From assembly GCA_965204745.1 (NCBI GenBank), contig OZ242010.1, forward strand, positions 4,832,001-4,896,000: a stretch of 64,000 bases of DNA, written 5' to 3'. This document shows, piece after piece, positions 1 through 8,853 of this stretch; the first letter of the stretch is position 1; each line of letters starts with the position of its first letter. The position numbers and the translations under genes are program-made. The DNA comes from Candidatus Latescibacterota bacterium. GTDB taxonomy: Bacteria; Latescibacterota; UBA2968. Under the pieces are notes generated by a model. The model made no database searches. It was given only the letters and a program-made list of their open reading frames with translations, and was not told the origin of the DNA.

Positions 1-244
1 CCACGTCGAGTTGAATGCCAATGTGCTCGGCCAAGGCCCGCGCCCTGTCGAGTTCGCCCGTGGCATAACTCGCCGAGACCGCGGTCACGGCCAGGGCGCG
101 ATTGCCCAAAACCCGATGCGCTGCCGCCGCGAGAAAAGCGCTGTCAACCCCGCCTGAGAATGCCACCACCGCGTTGCCCATGTCGTTGAGCACGGCGTTG
201 AGGCGCGTCAATTTTTCATCGGAAGTCGCGTTCACTGTATCCAT
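1..244 (-). CDS. larE: ATP-dependent sacrificial sulfur transferase LarE (PP-loop), 5' part; runs off window start
   Basis: Manual translation from ATG at 244: MDTVNATSDEKLTRLNAVLNDMGNAVVAFSGGVDSAFLAAAAHRVLGNRALAVTAVSASYATGELDRARALAEHIGI. It has the PP-loop SGGVDS and the LarE-type AVTAVS...EL..A..LA..IGI segment. Not in the ORF track. Confidence 0.85.
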   Translation of the reverse strand, partial: MDTVNATSDEKLTRLNAVLNDMGNAVVAFSGGVDSAFLAAAAHRVLGNRALAVTAVSASYATGELDRARALAEHIGIQLDV

Positions 245-246
245 GG

Positions 247-1692
247 TCACACCGCTTTCACTGCGCCGGGAACGACGATGGCATCCACCATCCCGTGCAA
301 TACCTTTTTGTCAGCCGGGCAAATCGTGGCCTGCAAGCCCGAAAGCACGGCCTCGTCGTCGATCACAAAATAATACGGTTGCAACCGCACCCGGCCCTTC
401 ATGGTTTTGATTTCATCGGTCGCAAAATCGCAATAAGACGCGGAAAATGTCGCGCCATTGTGAAATTCCTGCAAGACGTGGGGCGTGTGTTCAAAAGCAT
501 CGAGGGACTCGCGGATCACGCCTTGCCAATCGCGCTCGGCCATATCGTGCCCAATCGCCACGCCTCGGCTGCCCCATGCCAGTTCCGAATAGCCCGAAGG
601 CTTGATGACCAGTTGCCGGTGTTTTTGCCCCAAGCGGCCCAAGGCGCGCCAATCGGAAAAGCACTGTCCGTCAATTTCCAACCCGGCGATCACGCTGTGC
701 GGGGGCATAGGCGCGGGGTCTAAAACCCAGGTTTTGGGAAAGGTCTGCTGCAAAAAAGCCACAGCTATTTTCCCCAAGTGCTGTTGCCAAAAACCTGCGA
801 GCAAGGGATGGTAAAACAGGGCCATCATCATTTTTTCTTCGCAATACGCCTTCAAAGGCGGGGTGATTTTGACCAACCCCTTGCGAACCGCGTACAAGAT
901 CAAGTCGATCTGGGGCAAGTTCCGCAAGTCGAACAACTCGAAAAATCTGTAAATCACGTCCAACCGCCGCCTGCCGTGCGCGCCATTGACAAACAGGCCA
1001 TCTGCCACAAAAACCACATCTTCGGGCGCGATGACATGCGTTTCTAAACCCGCGTCATTCAAGCGGTTGCCCAAATACGCCATCTCGGGCCGATATGCCG
1101 CCGCCTCGTCCGAGACGACGATGCCCAAAACCGGCGCGTCTGTGCCGGCCATGCCCCGAATCATCCGCGCAAAGCCCGTGATCATCCCATCTGCGCCGCC
1201 GACCATGTGACCGCCGAGTTTGGCATAGCGCGCGCTCAGGCTCGCGGTAAATCCAATCCCCCCGGGCACGGAATCCAATTCCGTGGCGATCATCCCCTGC
1301 CGCGTGGGAATCACATCGGGCCGAATCACCCTGGGCACCTGGCTTTTGAACCTGCCCATCTGCCCGAACTTGATCACCTCTTCGGATTTGCCCTGGTCCA
1401 AATACCCGGCGACCCAGGCGGGCTGGATACCCCGGATGCTTTGGGAATACAACAGGTTCAACGCCTTGTAAAACCGATACAGATGCTGCCCGAGTGCCTC
1501 TAAGTGCGCCAGCACCGGGGGCGGCAACCACCACGGCTCGGGCGACACGCGCCACGAACTGTTCGACTGCGGATGCACGGCGCGCTGCACTTCTGTGTAC
1601 AACCCGCCCTCGGGCGTCAACTCGTCAATATAACGCGCCCGGTCTCGGGCGTCCATCTCACCAACGGATTTCTCCGCTTCACACATGCTCAT
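247..1692 (-). CDS. Circularly permuted ATP-grasp / glutathionylspermidine-synthase-like amide ligase
   Basis: Motifs RPDVI...ATELDSVPGGIG, DVIYRFFELFD, KPSGYSELAWGSRGV, VLQEF. Start moved to ATG 1692 because AAAGGA lies upstream. Confidence 0.65.
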   Translation of the reverse strand: MSMCEAEKSVGEMDARDRARYIDELTPEGGLYTEVQRAVHPQSNSSWRVSPEPWWLPPPVLAHLEALGQHLYRFYKALNLLYSQSIRGIQPAWVAGYLDQGKSEEVIKFGQMGRFKSQVPRVIRPDVIPTRQGMIATELDSVPGGIGFTASLSARYAKLGGHMVGGADGMITGFARMIRGMAGTDAPVLGIVVSDEAAAYRPEMAYLGNRLNDAGLETHVIAPEDVVFVADGLFVNGAHGRRRLDVIYRFFELFDLRNLPQIDLILYAVRKGLVKITPPLKAYCEEKMMMALFYHPLLAGFWQQHLGKIAVAFLQQTFPKTWVLDPAPMPPHSVIAGLEIDGQCFSDWRALGRLGQKHRQLVIKPSGYSELAWGSRGVAIGHDMAERDWQGVIRESLDAFEHTPHVLQEFHNGATFSASYCDFATDEIKTMKGRVRLQPYYFVIDDEAVLSGLQATICPADKKVLHGMVDAIVVPGAVKAV

Positions 1693-1859
1693 AAAAATTC
1701 CTTTTGTGCTTTTGAATTGGCTATCGCCAGTTGTATCCCGCTCGTGCTTTTTGTGGCTATTTGCATTTCTCCAACTTTTGCTCCCCAAAATACAAAGAAC
1801 AGGGAGGCCTGCAAAATGTCAATTCCCTGTTCCGGTTCACCTGATCGTTGATTGGGCAC

Positions 1860-2309
1860 CTACCCCTTGCGCTTTGATCGCAGATGCTCGCCGATGAGCG
1901 TGCGCTCGGCTTCGGACAGTGCGGACGCATCGTCTGCTGAATCCGCTTCTTCTTCTGCTTGGTCGAGCGGCAACGGGGCCGTTTTGTCGCGTGCTTCGAG
2001 GCTTTGCTGAATCTTGGCAAATTCGTCTTGGGTCTCAGTGACCGCCGCGGGTTCTGCCTGCGGTTCGGATTCTTCGGACAACGGCATATCGGGCAGGTCA
2101 GCCGTGTCCGCTTCTTCGGCCAGTTCATCTTCCAAATTCAAGCGCGTAGCAACGGCCTCATAAACCGATTTGGCGGCATCTACGCGGCCTTCCAAGCGGC
2201 GCAGGGCTTGGCGCAACTCGTCCATCTCCGCCGACGCCTCTTCAATTTCCCGCCGCGCAAAATCGAGAACTTGTTCGTACACAACATCTCTGGAAGTATC
2301 ATCTGGCAT
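1860..2309 (-). CDS. Hypothetical acidic protein with N-terminal coiled coil and Glu/Asp/Ala-rich tail
   Basis: ORF track; ATG 2309 has an AAGGAC SD; heptad segment EIEEASAEMDELRQALRRLEGRVDAAK; has its own promoter. Confidence 0.75.
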   Translation of the reverse strand: MPDDTSRDVVYEQVLDFARREIEEASAEMDELRQALRRLEGRVDAAKSVYEAVATRLNLEDELAEEADTADLPDMPLSEESEPQAEPAAVTETQDEFAKIQQSLEARDKTAPLPLDQAEEEADSADDASALSEAERTLIGEHLRSKRKG

Positions 2310-2361
2310 AACATCTGTCCTTGCAAATTTGTGAAAGGTGAACAACAGCGGGCAACGGTCA

Positions 2362-2390
2362 AATATAGACTGTGCCCTTGGGCATGTCAA
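2362..2390 (-). promoter_or_regulatory. sigma70-type promoter TTGACA-N17-TATATT
   Basis: Minus strand reads TTGACA tgcccaagggcacagtc TATATT, about 50 nt upstream of ATG 2309. Confidence 0.65.
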
Positions 2391-2441
2391 GGCAGAACTC
2401 GGGCAGCAGTTGGCGAATGGGCATACCTGCGGGACGAAATC

Positions 2442-3590
2442 TCAAACGTAATTCACGCCGTACCAGACACCTGGAATCGGCAGGCACTTTCGCAAGACCT
2501 CACCCGCGCGGGCACCGGCGGTTAGCATCGCGTCTTCGGCGCCGTCCCATGTGCCGAAAATCAGGTGTGCTGCTGCGCCGCGGCTTTCGGCCACCACGCG
2601 GTCTCCGCCGTAGTGGATGTGATACTCGTCTCCCACTTCCCGAAACACCAACCCATTGGCCGCGTGTTCGCCGATTCGCTCGACAAAATAGGGGCGCATT
2701 TTTTTGAGCAACTGTTCAAAGTGAATGATCATCGTCGTGCCGGGCAGGGTGGCGCGTTCTGGGGTCAACCCGCGTGCGTAGAGCATGTCGTACAACACCG
2801 AGTCGAACCCCTTGACGTGCAGGGAGACGCGCTTCAAATTCTGCGCCCGAATCCATTTGCCCAACGCGCCGACAATGGCGGATCGCTCGCCTGCGTAATC
2901 GAGCAGATTCACCTGCCCATCATCCCGGTCGCGCGCCTGTTGCACGACGCCAAACGCCACGGGGTGATCCCCTCGCCGAATCAGATATGTTTTGGCCGGG
3001 CGATTCTGCACCCAGCCATCGATGCCAAACGCGATGTCCGACGGTGGGCGTAGCCAGCGCACGGGTTCGCGCCGATAAATGTGCCCAATGGCGTCAACAT
3101 CCGTTGCAGACGCCGGGGCAACCGTCCACGCCGAGTCGTCAAAATCACCCGCACGGTCGCTTGGGACGTGAAACAGCCACTCGCGGCCCACGTATCGGCA
3201 GCCGTGCCGGTGGTACATATTGCGATACCCGGACACCATCACATAATCCACGCCGTCTTTGCGGCAATCGCGCATGGTGTCTTGCAAAAGCGCGGTGGCA
3301 TAGCCCTTGCCCCGGTGCGATTCGAGCGTTGCCACGCCCCCCAATGATGCCACGCGCAGGGGACATCCGAAAATGGACACGGCCCGCCGAATGGTGCCGA
3401 TGTGCGAGACCACCTCGCCATTTTCCACCACCACGCGCAAATTGCTCGCATTGTCATCGTTGAAGGCGTGCGGTTGAATATCCGCCAATCCTTCAAAAAA
3501 CACGTCGCCGAGCAAGGCGCGCAAACGCCCCATCTCATCTCGCCGCACGCTGCGAATCCCATTTTCCCATGCCGCCGATTCCCTGGGCAT
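2442..3590 (-). CDS. GNAT family N-acetyltransferase (Eis-like, tandem GNAT)
   Basis: Motif A LGGVATLESHRGKGYATALL, then Y.RHG; ATG 3590 has a GGAGGG SD. Confidence 0.85.
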   Translation of the reverse strand: MPRESAAWENGIRSVRRDEMGRLRALLGDVFFEGLADIQPHAFNDDNASNLRVVVENGEVVSHIGTIRRAVSIFGCPLRVASLGGVATLESHRGKGYATALLQDTMRDCRKDGVDYVMVSGYRNMYHRHGCRYVGREWLFHVPSDRAGDFDDSAWTVAPASATDVDAIGHIYRREPVRWLRPPSDIAFGIDGWVQNRPAKTYLIRRGDHPVAFGVVQQARDRDDGQVNLLDYAGERSAIVGALGKWIRAQNLKRVSLHVKGFDSVLYDMLYARGLTPERATLPGTTMIIHFEQLLKKMRPYFVERIGEHAANGLVFREVGDEYHIHYGGDRVVAESRGAAAHLIFGTWDGAEDAMLTAGARAGEVLRKCLPIPGVWYGVNYV

Positions 3591-3606
3591 AAGCCCTCCA
3601 AAGTCG

Positions 3607-3954
3607 TTATTTCTGAATCGCGCCTTCGCGTTTTTGCGATTCCATATACGCCCGCAGAACCGCATTCATTTGGGTTTGATATCCTTTGCCGAGCGATTGA
3701 AACCAATCGACAACATCGCCGTCCATCCGGACCGAGATTTGTTTCTTTTTCGGCGGCGTGACGACCCGGAGTTGCGTCAGGTCGCAATCCTCCAAGCAAA
3801 GGGTGTCCGGGTCTTCGCGGGCATTGCGCTCGATTTCTTCTTCGGTCATTGCGTGCAATCGGCCCCAATCGGTTTCATCTTCCCTACTACCCACCGGCAC
3901 GCCTTGAGACACAGTGATTATACCGTCCGTTTTCTCGTTTTTGACCTTGGCCAT
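3607..3954 (-). CDS. brnA: BrnA-family antitoxin
   Basis: KKQISVRMDGDVVDWFQSLGKGYQTQMNAVLRAYM signature; TDWGRLHAMTEEEI N-part; AAGGAGG SD. Confidence 0.9.
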   Translation of the reverse strand: MAKVKNEKTDGIITVSQGVPVGSREDETDWGRLHAMTEEEIERNAREDPDTLCLEDCDLTQLRVVTPPKKKQISVRMDGDVVDWFQSLGKGYQTQMNAVLRAYMESQKREGAIQK

Positions 3955-3963
3955 TTCGCCTCC

Positions 3964-4224
3964 TTATGTGTTTGCTTCAAACAATCTTCGTTCTTTTTTG
4001 CTTGCCCTGCGTGCGGAAATGATCCGCCGGGCCTGACCGCGCCATGTATAAACAACGGCGATCACATAATTGTCGAGCCTTCCCAATGCGAGTATCCGAT
4101 CTTCGTCGTGTCGCCTGTGGGGCACCTCTACAACGGCTTCCTCAAAGATAGTTACAGCGACCCGAAAGTCGTAGCCGTGTTTCTCAATGTTGGCAAGTCG
4201 CTTGTTATCGTCCCATTCAAACAT
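3964..4224 (-). CDS. brnT: BrnT-family toxin (ribonuclease)
   Basis: FEWDDNKRLANIEKHGYDF...EDR...VVYTWRG..RRIISARRASKKERR signature; lies directly upstream of brnA. Confidence 0.92.
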   Translation of the reverse strand: MFEWDDNKRLANIEKHGYDFRVAVTIFEEAVVEVPHRRHDEDRILALGRLDNYVIAVVYTWRGQARRIISARRASKKERRLFEANT

Positions 4225-4335
4225 GTGCTAAACTTGAATCAAAAAAACAGGGTAAAAAAAATGGACTTAAAACGCTATTGGTTGTGTATATTGATGCCGA
4301 ACAACAGGTCCACTTTCACCGGAGGAGAATGCGTT

Positions 4336-4824
4336 ATGAAACGGCTCTATCTCGTGCGGCACGCCAAGTCGGATTGGGGGACTTATGGACTGGCTGATTT
4401 TGATCGGCCATTGAACAAGCGCGGGAAAAAGGACGCGCCGCGCATGGGCAAACATCTGAAACGGGTCTGGCAGGTCGCGCCGGATCGCGTGTTGTGTAGC
4501 ACGGCCAAGCGCGCGCGATCCACGGCCAAGCGATTGCGGAAAGCACTCGATATTTCCAAAAAACAGATCGCCTGGAACGACCGCATTTATTCGGGGCACA
4601 AGGACTATGTGTTGGATCTGATTCGACAAACCGACAATCGCCATCGAGCGGTCATGGTCATTGGACACAACCCGGATATGACCTCCTTGGTCAATCAACT
4701 CACCGGGTCTTCAATTGCCAATGTGCCGACGTGCGGGGTCGCGGGAATCGATTTGCCCATTGACGATTGGGCGGATACTGCGTCTGGCGATCTGGTGTTT
4801 TTCGAGGTGCCCAAGTCAATTTGA
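4336..4824 (+). CDS. sixA: Phosphohistidine phosphatase SixA family
   Basis: MKRLYLVRHAKSDW, DFDRPLNKRG, CSTAKRARST, VIGHNP; GGAGGAG SD before ATG 4336. Confidence 0.9.
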   Translation: MKRLYLVRHAKSDWGTYGLADFDRPLNKRGKKDAPRMGKHLKRVWQVAPDRVLCSTAKRARSTAKRLRKALDISKKQIAWNDRIYSGHKDYVLDLIRQTDNRHRAVMVIGHNPDMTSLVNQLTGSSIANVPTCGVAGIDLPIDDWADTASGDLVFFEVPKSI

Positions 4825-4865
4825 CGCGATTAACAGGCCAGTCAACTTCCGCATCGCTGGGTACG

Positions 4866-5020
4866 AGGACAGCACACAGGGCCTGTCCCTACGGCTGATG
4901 GGGGCGGTGGCGGGGTTGCCTCTACCTCAAAGGTGAGAGGTGAGAGGCAAGACGTGAGAAGACCACCCCTCTCCCCTCTTGCGTCTTGCGTCTCACCGAA
5001 GGGGGTTGGGCGGGGTGGGA
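4866..5020 (+). repeat. Composite intergenic repeat, copy A (REP-like hairpin + G-rich linkers + CGTCTYR/GTGAGAG heptamers)
   Basis: Contains AGGACAG-CACACAGGGCCTGTCCCTAC, GGCGGTGGCGGGGTTGCCTC and CGTCTCACCGAAGGGGGTTGGGCGGGG, shared with copies at 7.7, 33.5 and 49.8 kb. Confidence 0.8.
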
Positions 5021-5167
5021 ACTGACCACTGACCACTGACCACTGACCACTGACCACTGACCACTGACCACTGACCACTGACAACTGACAACTGACAACT
5101 GACAACTGACAACTGACAACTGACAACTGACAACTGACAACTGACAACTGACAACTGACAACTGACA
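5021..5167 (+). repeat. Heptamer tandem array (ACTGACC)x8 (ACTGACA)x13
   Basis: Counted directly from the sequence. Confidence 0.97.
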
Positions 5168-5175
5168 ACTGCCTC

Positions 5176-6336
5176 TCAATACGTCTCCGACACGTCGAGC
5201 ACGGTGCTGGCATCCACATTTTTGGTTGAGGTGGAGTTTTTAATCTGTTCTTGGAGTTTGGCATGGAAGAGGTCAGCGTCCACTGGAATATCGACCCAGC
5301 TGTCCGTCCACGCGGACAGGAGCATGGCGTTTGCCAGTTCCACGCCTTTGATGCCCTCGACACCGGGCGCGAGGAGGGGACTGCCCGTGCGGATGGCATC
5401 GACCCAGTTTTGCGTGATGCCGCGATGGGCTTCGCCGCCCTTGCCCGTGGGAATTTCGCATTTCCAGACTTCGGGACTGCCAAAGCCGCCTTTGTACGTT
5501 TTGCAAAATGTGCTGACGGATTCGCGGGTGCGCCAAAACGTGATGTTGCCGCCTTCCATGACGACTTTGCCCCGATCTCCAGCGATTTCGAGGCGGTTGC
5601 TACCAGGGGCTTCGCCCGTCGTGGTGATGAACACGCCAGTCGCGCCATTTTCGTATTCCACGTACGCGGTGACTTCGTCGTCGACTTCGATGTCGTGGTA
5701 CTTGCCAAAGCCGACAAAGGCCCGGCAGCGCGTGGGCATCCCGCAAATCCATTGCCACAGGTCGAGATTGTGCGGGCATTGGTTCATCAACACGCCGCCG
5801 CCTTCGCCTGCCCAGGTGGCGCGCCAACCCCCGGAATCGTAATAACTCTGCGAGCGAAACCAAGTGGTGATGATGTAATTGGTGCGCTGAATCTCGCCCA
5901 CGTCGCCAGATGCGATCAGGTCTTTGAGTTTTTGGTGCGCGCCGATGGTGCGTTGGTTGAACATCAGGCCAAACACGCGGTCGCTTTGTTCGGCAACGGC
6001 GTTCATTTCCCCGACTTGTTTGGTATAAACGCCCGCGGGTTTTTCGATGAGCACATGCAACCCGCTGTTCATCGCTTGAATGGCCAAGGGCGGATGGAAG
6101 TAGTGCGGCGTGGCAACGATGACGGCATCGACACTGCCCGAAGCCATCAAATCGCCGGCATTGTCAAACGTGCGGACATTGTCGCCCAAATTCTCGCGTG
6201 CCCATCTGATGCGGTCCGGATGAATGTCGCAGACAGCGGTCAGTTCGGCATTTGCAACCCGCCCCGGATGCAAATACCCACAATGCCCACTGCCCATGTT
6301 GCCGATGCCAATGACGCCGATGCGTACTGTGTCCAT
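5176..6336 (-). CDS. Gfo/Idh/MocA family oxidoreductase
   Basis: GVIGIGNMG, ATPHYFH, HVLIEKP, GGGVLMNQCPHNLD. Confidence 0.93.
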   Translation of the reverse strand: MDTVRIGVIGIGNMGSGHCGYLHPGRVANAELTAVCDIHPDRIRWARENLGDNVRTFDNAGDLMASGSVDAVIVATPHYFHPPLAIQAMNSGLHVLIEKPAGVYTKQVGEMNAVAEQSDRVFGLMFNQRTIGAHQKLKDLIASGDVGEIQRTNYIITTWFRSQSYYDSGGWRATWAGEGGGVLMNQCPHNLDLWQWICGMPTRCRAFVGFGKYHDIEVDDEVTAYVEYENGATGVFITTTGEAPGSNRLEIAGDRGKVVMEGGNITFWRTRESVSTFCKTYKGGFGSPEVWKCEIPTGKGGEAHRGITQNWVDAIRTGSPLLAPGVEGIKGVELANAMLLSAWTDSWVDIPVDADLFHAKLQEQIKNSTSTKNVDASTVLDVSETY

Positions 6337-6644
6337 AAAAATCTCTCCTACGAGGGTGTGAAGGTCGCTTTTTGTCGCGGGTCAAGATACGCGCTCGCCT
6401 CGGGTTCAGCAATAGAAAATCCATAGCTTTCAGCCAGCAACCCGAATGCGAGCATACCGACTACAATTTGATTTTGGGTTGTCCGTATCCTATCTTCCAT
6501 CGAGAAATGAGGAATTGAAAATGCTCCACGCCACCCCAACTCGTAATTCGCAATACCGCATCACATGAGGAAAACAGCAATTCGATAAACAGGGGGCGGA
6601 ATCCAGTAACTTTTTGGTTTTCCCACAACACGCGAGGTATCGCC

Positions 6645-7472
6645 ATGATTGACGCGCATTTGCATTTGACGCACAGCACTAGGTCGGTCGCAGAGACCAT
6701 CGCGCACATCGAGACTATCGGCGCGGAAAAAGCCGTGATCTTGCCGATTGAAGATGGCGATGGCGAATTTGAGTGGATGACCGAAGATGTGGTCGCGGCA
6801 TACGCGCAATATCCCCATCGCATCATCCCGTTTTGCCATGTGGATGTGACGCGCGAAGATGCGGTGGTCGAACTCGAAAAACGCGCCGCAAGTGGGGTTT
6901 TTAAGGGGTATGGGGAACAGAAACAACATGTGCGCTTGGACGATCCGCGCCTGGCGCGGGTCTTGGCGGTTTGCGATGAATTGCACTGGCCGGTGACGTG
7001 GCATTTTCAAGAAGGCGAGAATGGGTACAACGGGGGGATCGAACACCTCGAAGTGTTGCTGAAAAAATTTCCCAATATCCGATTTATCGGCCATGCCCAA
7101 TCGTGGTGGGCGAATATCAGCGCGGACGTGCCCGCCCCCGAAGAAACCCTGTACCCGACAGGCCCGGTAAAACCCGGCGGCTTAATTGACCGGCTGTTGG
7201 CCGATTACGACAACGTATTCGCGGATTTGTCCGCCGGCTCGGGTTTGGGCGGCCTAACGCGAGACGAGGAGTTCTCCGCGGGATTTTTGGCGCGCCACAG
7301 CCAGAAGTTGATGTTCGCCACGGATTGTCTCTGCCGCGATGGCAAAGGCGCGGGCACGAGCCAAGGCGCGTGTTTCGCCCAACTGAGCCTGCCATTTCTC
7401 CAGCGAGTCGTCCCTCCCGCCGCATTGGAGGACATCTTGCACAATAATGCGGTGAGGATTTTGAAGTTGTGA
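6645..7472 (+). CDS. Amidohydrolase_2 family metal-dependent hydrolase
   Basis: MIDAHLH, PVTWH, FIGHA, DLSAGSG, LMFATD, NAVRIL. Confidence 0.9.
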   Translation: MIDAHLHLTHSTRSVAETIAHIETIGAEKAVILPIEDGDGEFEWMTEDVVAAYAQYPHRIIPFCHVDVTREDAVVELEKRAASGVFKGYGEQKQHVRLDDPRLARVLAVCDELHWPVTWHFQEGENGYNGGIEHLEVLLKKFPNIRFIGHAQSWWANISADVPAPEETLYPTGPVKPGGLIDRLLADYDNVFADLSAGSGLGGLTRDEEFSAGFLARHSQKLMFATDCLCRDGKGAGTSQGACFAQLSLPFLQRVVPPAALEDILHNNAVRILKL

Positions 7473-7657
7473 GACGAGCGGTTACTGTCCACGAAGGAAC
7501 ACGAAGAAAGGCGAGAGGTCAAATCTCTCGCCTTTTACTTTTTTTGTAATCTTGCATTTTCGGCCGGACAAAAAATAAAATCACTGGCCTCCGGCGTTGG
7601 CAACGCCTGTGCTTGCGCGTGCGCCAAAGTGACGAATGGCGGTAGGGCGGAAGCGGG

Positions 7658-7750
7658 GACTGACAACTGCCAACTTGGGCGGTGGCGGGGTTGCCTCACC
7701 TCTCTCGTCTTACGTCTCACCGAAGGGGGATTGGGCGGGGCGGACTAACC
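7658..7750 (+). repeat. Composite intergenic repeat, copy B
   Basis: ACTGACAACTGCC-AACTTGGGCGGTGGCGGGGTTGCCTCACCTCTCTCGTCTTACGTCTCACCGAAGGGGGATTGGGCGGGG. Confidence 0.8.
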
Positions 7751-7754
7751 GCGT

Positions 7755-8834
7755 TCACCCATAGTTGTTTTTCACTTCTACCCGCTGTCCCGTGGCGTTT
7801 GACCGATAGGCGGCCTCGGTGATCTTGGCGACTTTTAAGGCGTCTTCTCCAGAGGCCGGCGGCGTGCCGTTGTCCAGTACGGACTGAATAAAATCATCCA
7901 AAAAGGCGACGCCATACGCGCCGCCGTACGCATCGACTTGTGGGAGCGCGTAATCAAAGGTTCGCCGAGACGCCGTGTGCCAGCCTTGGGCAACGCTTTC
8001 GAGATGCACTTCTGAAGGCCCGCCCGAGGGCGTCCAAAACACGCGCCCCAGGTCGCCGCGAAACCCCATATACGTATCGTAGCTCGGCCCCATATAGCCC
8101 GCGCCGCTGATCGCGAGGTGATAGCCAGCTTGCAGGCTACCCAGCGCGCCATTGGAAAACCGAAAGGACGCGGAAACCACGTCTTCCACGTCGATAGCCT
8201 CGCCGCTGAGCGTATCGACTATCGCGGAAACAGCCACGATATCCGCGTCCATCACATAACACAGCAGATCGATGTGGTGACACCCCAGCCACGACAAAAT
8301 GCCACCCCCGGAAATCGACCTGTCAAACAACCAGTGTTGGGGATCGCGGAATTTCACCTGCGACGTGACCATCCGCGATTCACAGGCCATGACCCGACCG
8401 ATAGCCCCGCCTTGGATGAGCCTTCGCGCTTCTCGCGCGGCCGGGTGATAGCGATTTTGATACATCACGCCCAGTTGCACGCCCGCTTTTGCCGCGCCCG
8501 CCACGACTCGAGACACCGCCGCAACCGACGCGCCGATAGGCTTTTCGCTGACGACGTGAATCCCGCGCTCGAACAAGCGCAGGCACAGGTCTGGATTGTG
8601 ATCATTGCGGACGCAGGCCACGCCAAACAACATGGGTTCCGCGTCCAAAAGCGCGTCGAGATCGGAATACGCGCCCGCGACTTTGTCCGTGGCAACAAAC
8701 CCATTCACAGCCGCGGGATTCGCATCGTACAAGACGATCTCCGCCACCTTTGAAGACGCCACGAGCGTTTTGAAATGGGCTTCGGAATGGGGATGCGTGA
8801 GCCCAAAAAGACCTGCGCGAATCAGTTGCATCAC
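7755..8834 (-). CDS. Gfo/Idh/MocA family oxidoreductase
   Basis: HVVSEKP, SGGGILSWLGCHHIDL, VEDVVS, AAYRS...G.RV. Confidence 0.9.
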   Translation of the reverse strand: MMQLIRAGLFGLTHPHSEAHFKTLVASSKVAEIVLYDANPAAVNGFVATDKVAGAYSDLDALLDAEPMLFGVACVRNDHNPDLCLRLFERGIHVVSEKPIGASVAAVSRVVAGAAKAGVQLGVMYQNRYHPAAREARRLIQGGAIGRVMACESRMVTSQVKFRDPQHWLFDRSISGGGILSWLGCHHIDLLCYVMDADIVAVSAIVDTLSGEAIDVEDVVSASFRFSNGALGSLQAGYHLAISGAGYMGPSYDTYMGFRGDLGRVFWTPSGGPSEVHLESVAQGWHTASRRTFDYALPQVDAYGGAYGVAFLDDFIQSVLDNGTPPASGEDALKVAKITEAAYRSNATGQRVEVKNNYG

Positions 8835-8853
8835 ATGCTCCTCGCATTAAAAA

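Noticed and set aside
3634-4335. 234-codon N-terminal extension of the SixA ORF
   Set aside because: It is an antisense shadow of brnT/brnA; SixA homology and a strong SD start at 4336.
4842-5717. ORFs encoding SVVSCQL/SVVSGQW repeats (4842-5717, 4922-5179)
   Set aside because: They are translations of the heptamer DNA array, and the longer one overlaps a real gene in another frame.
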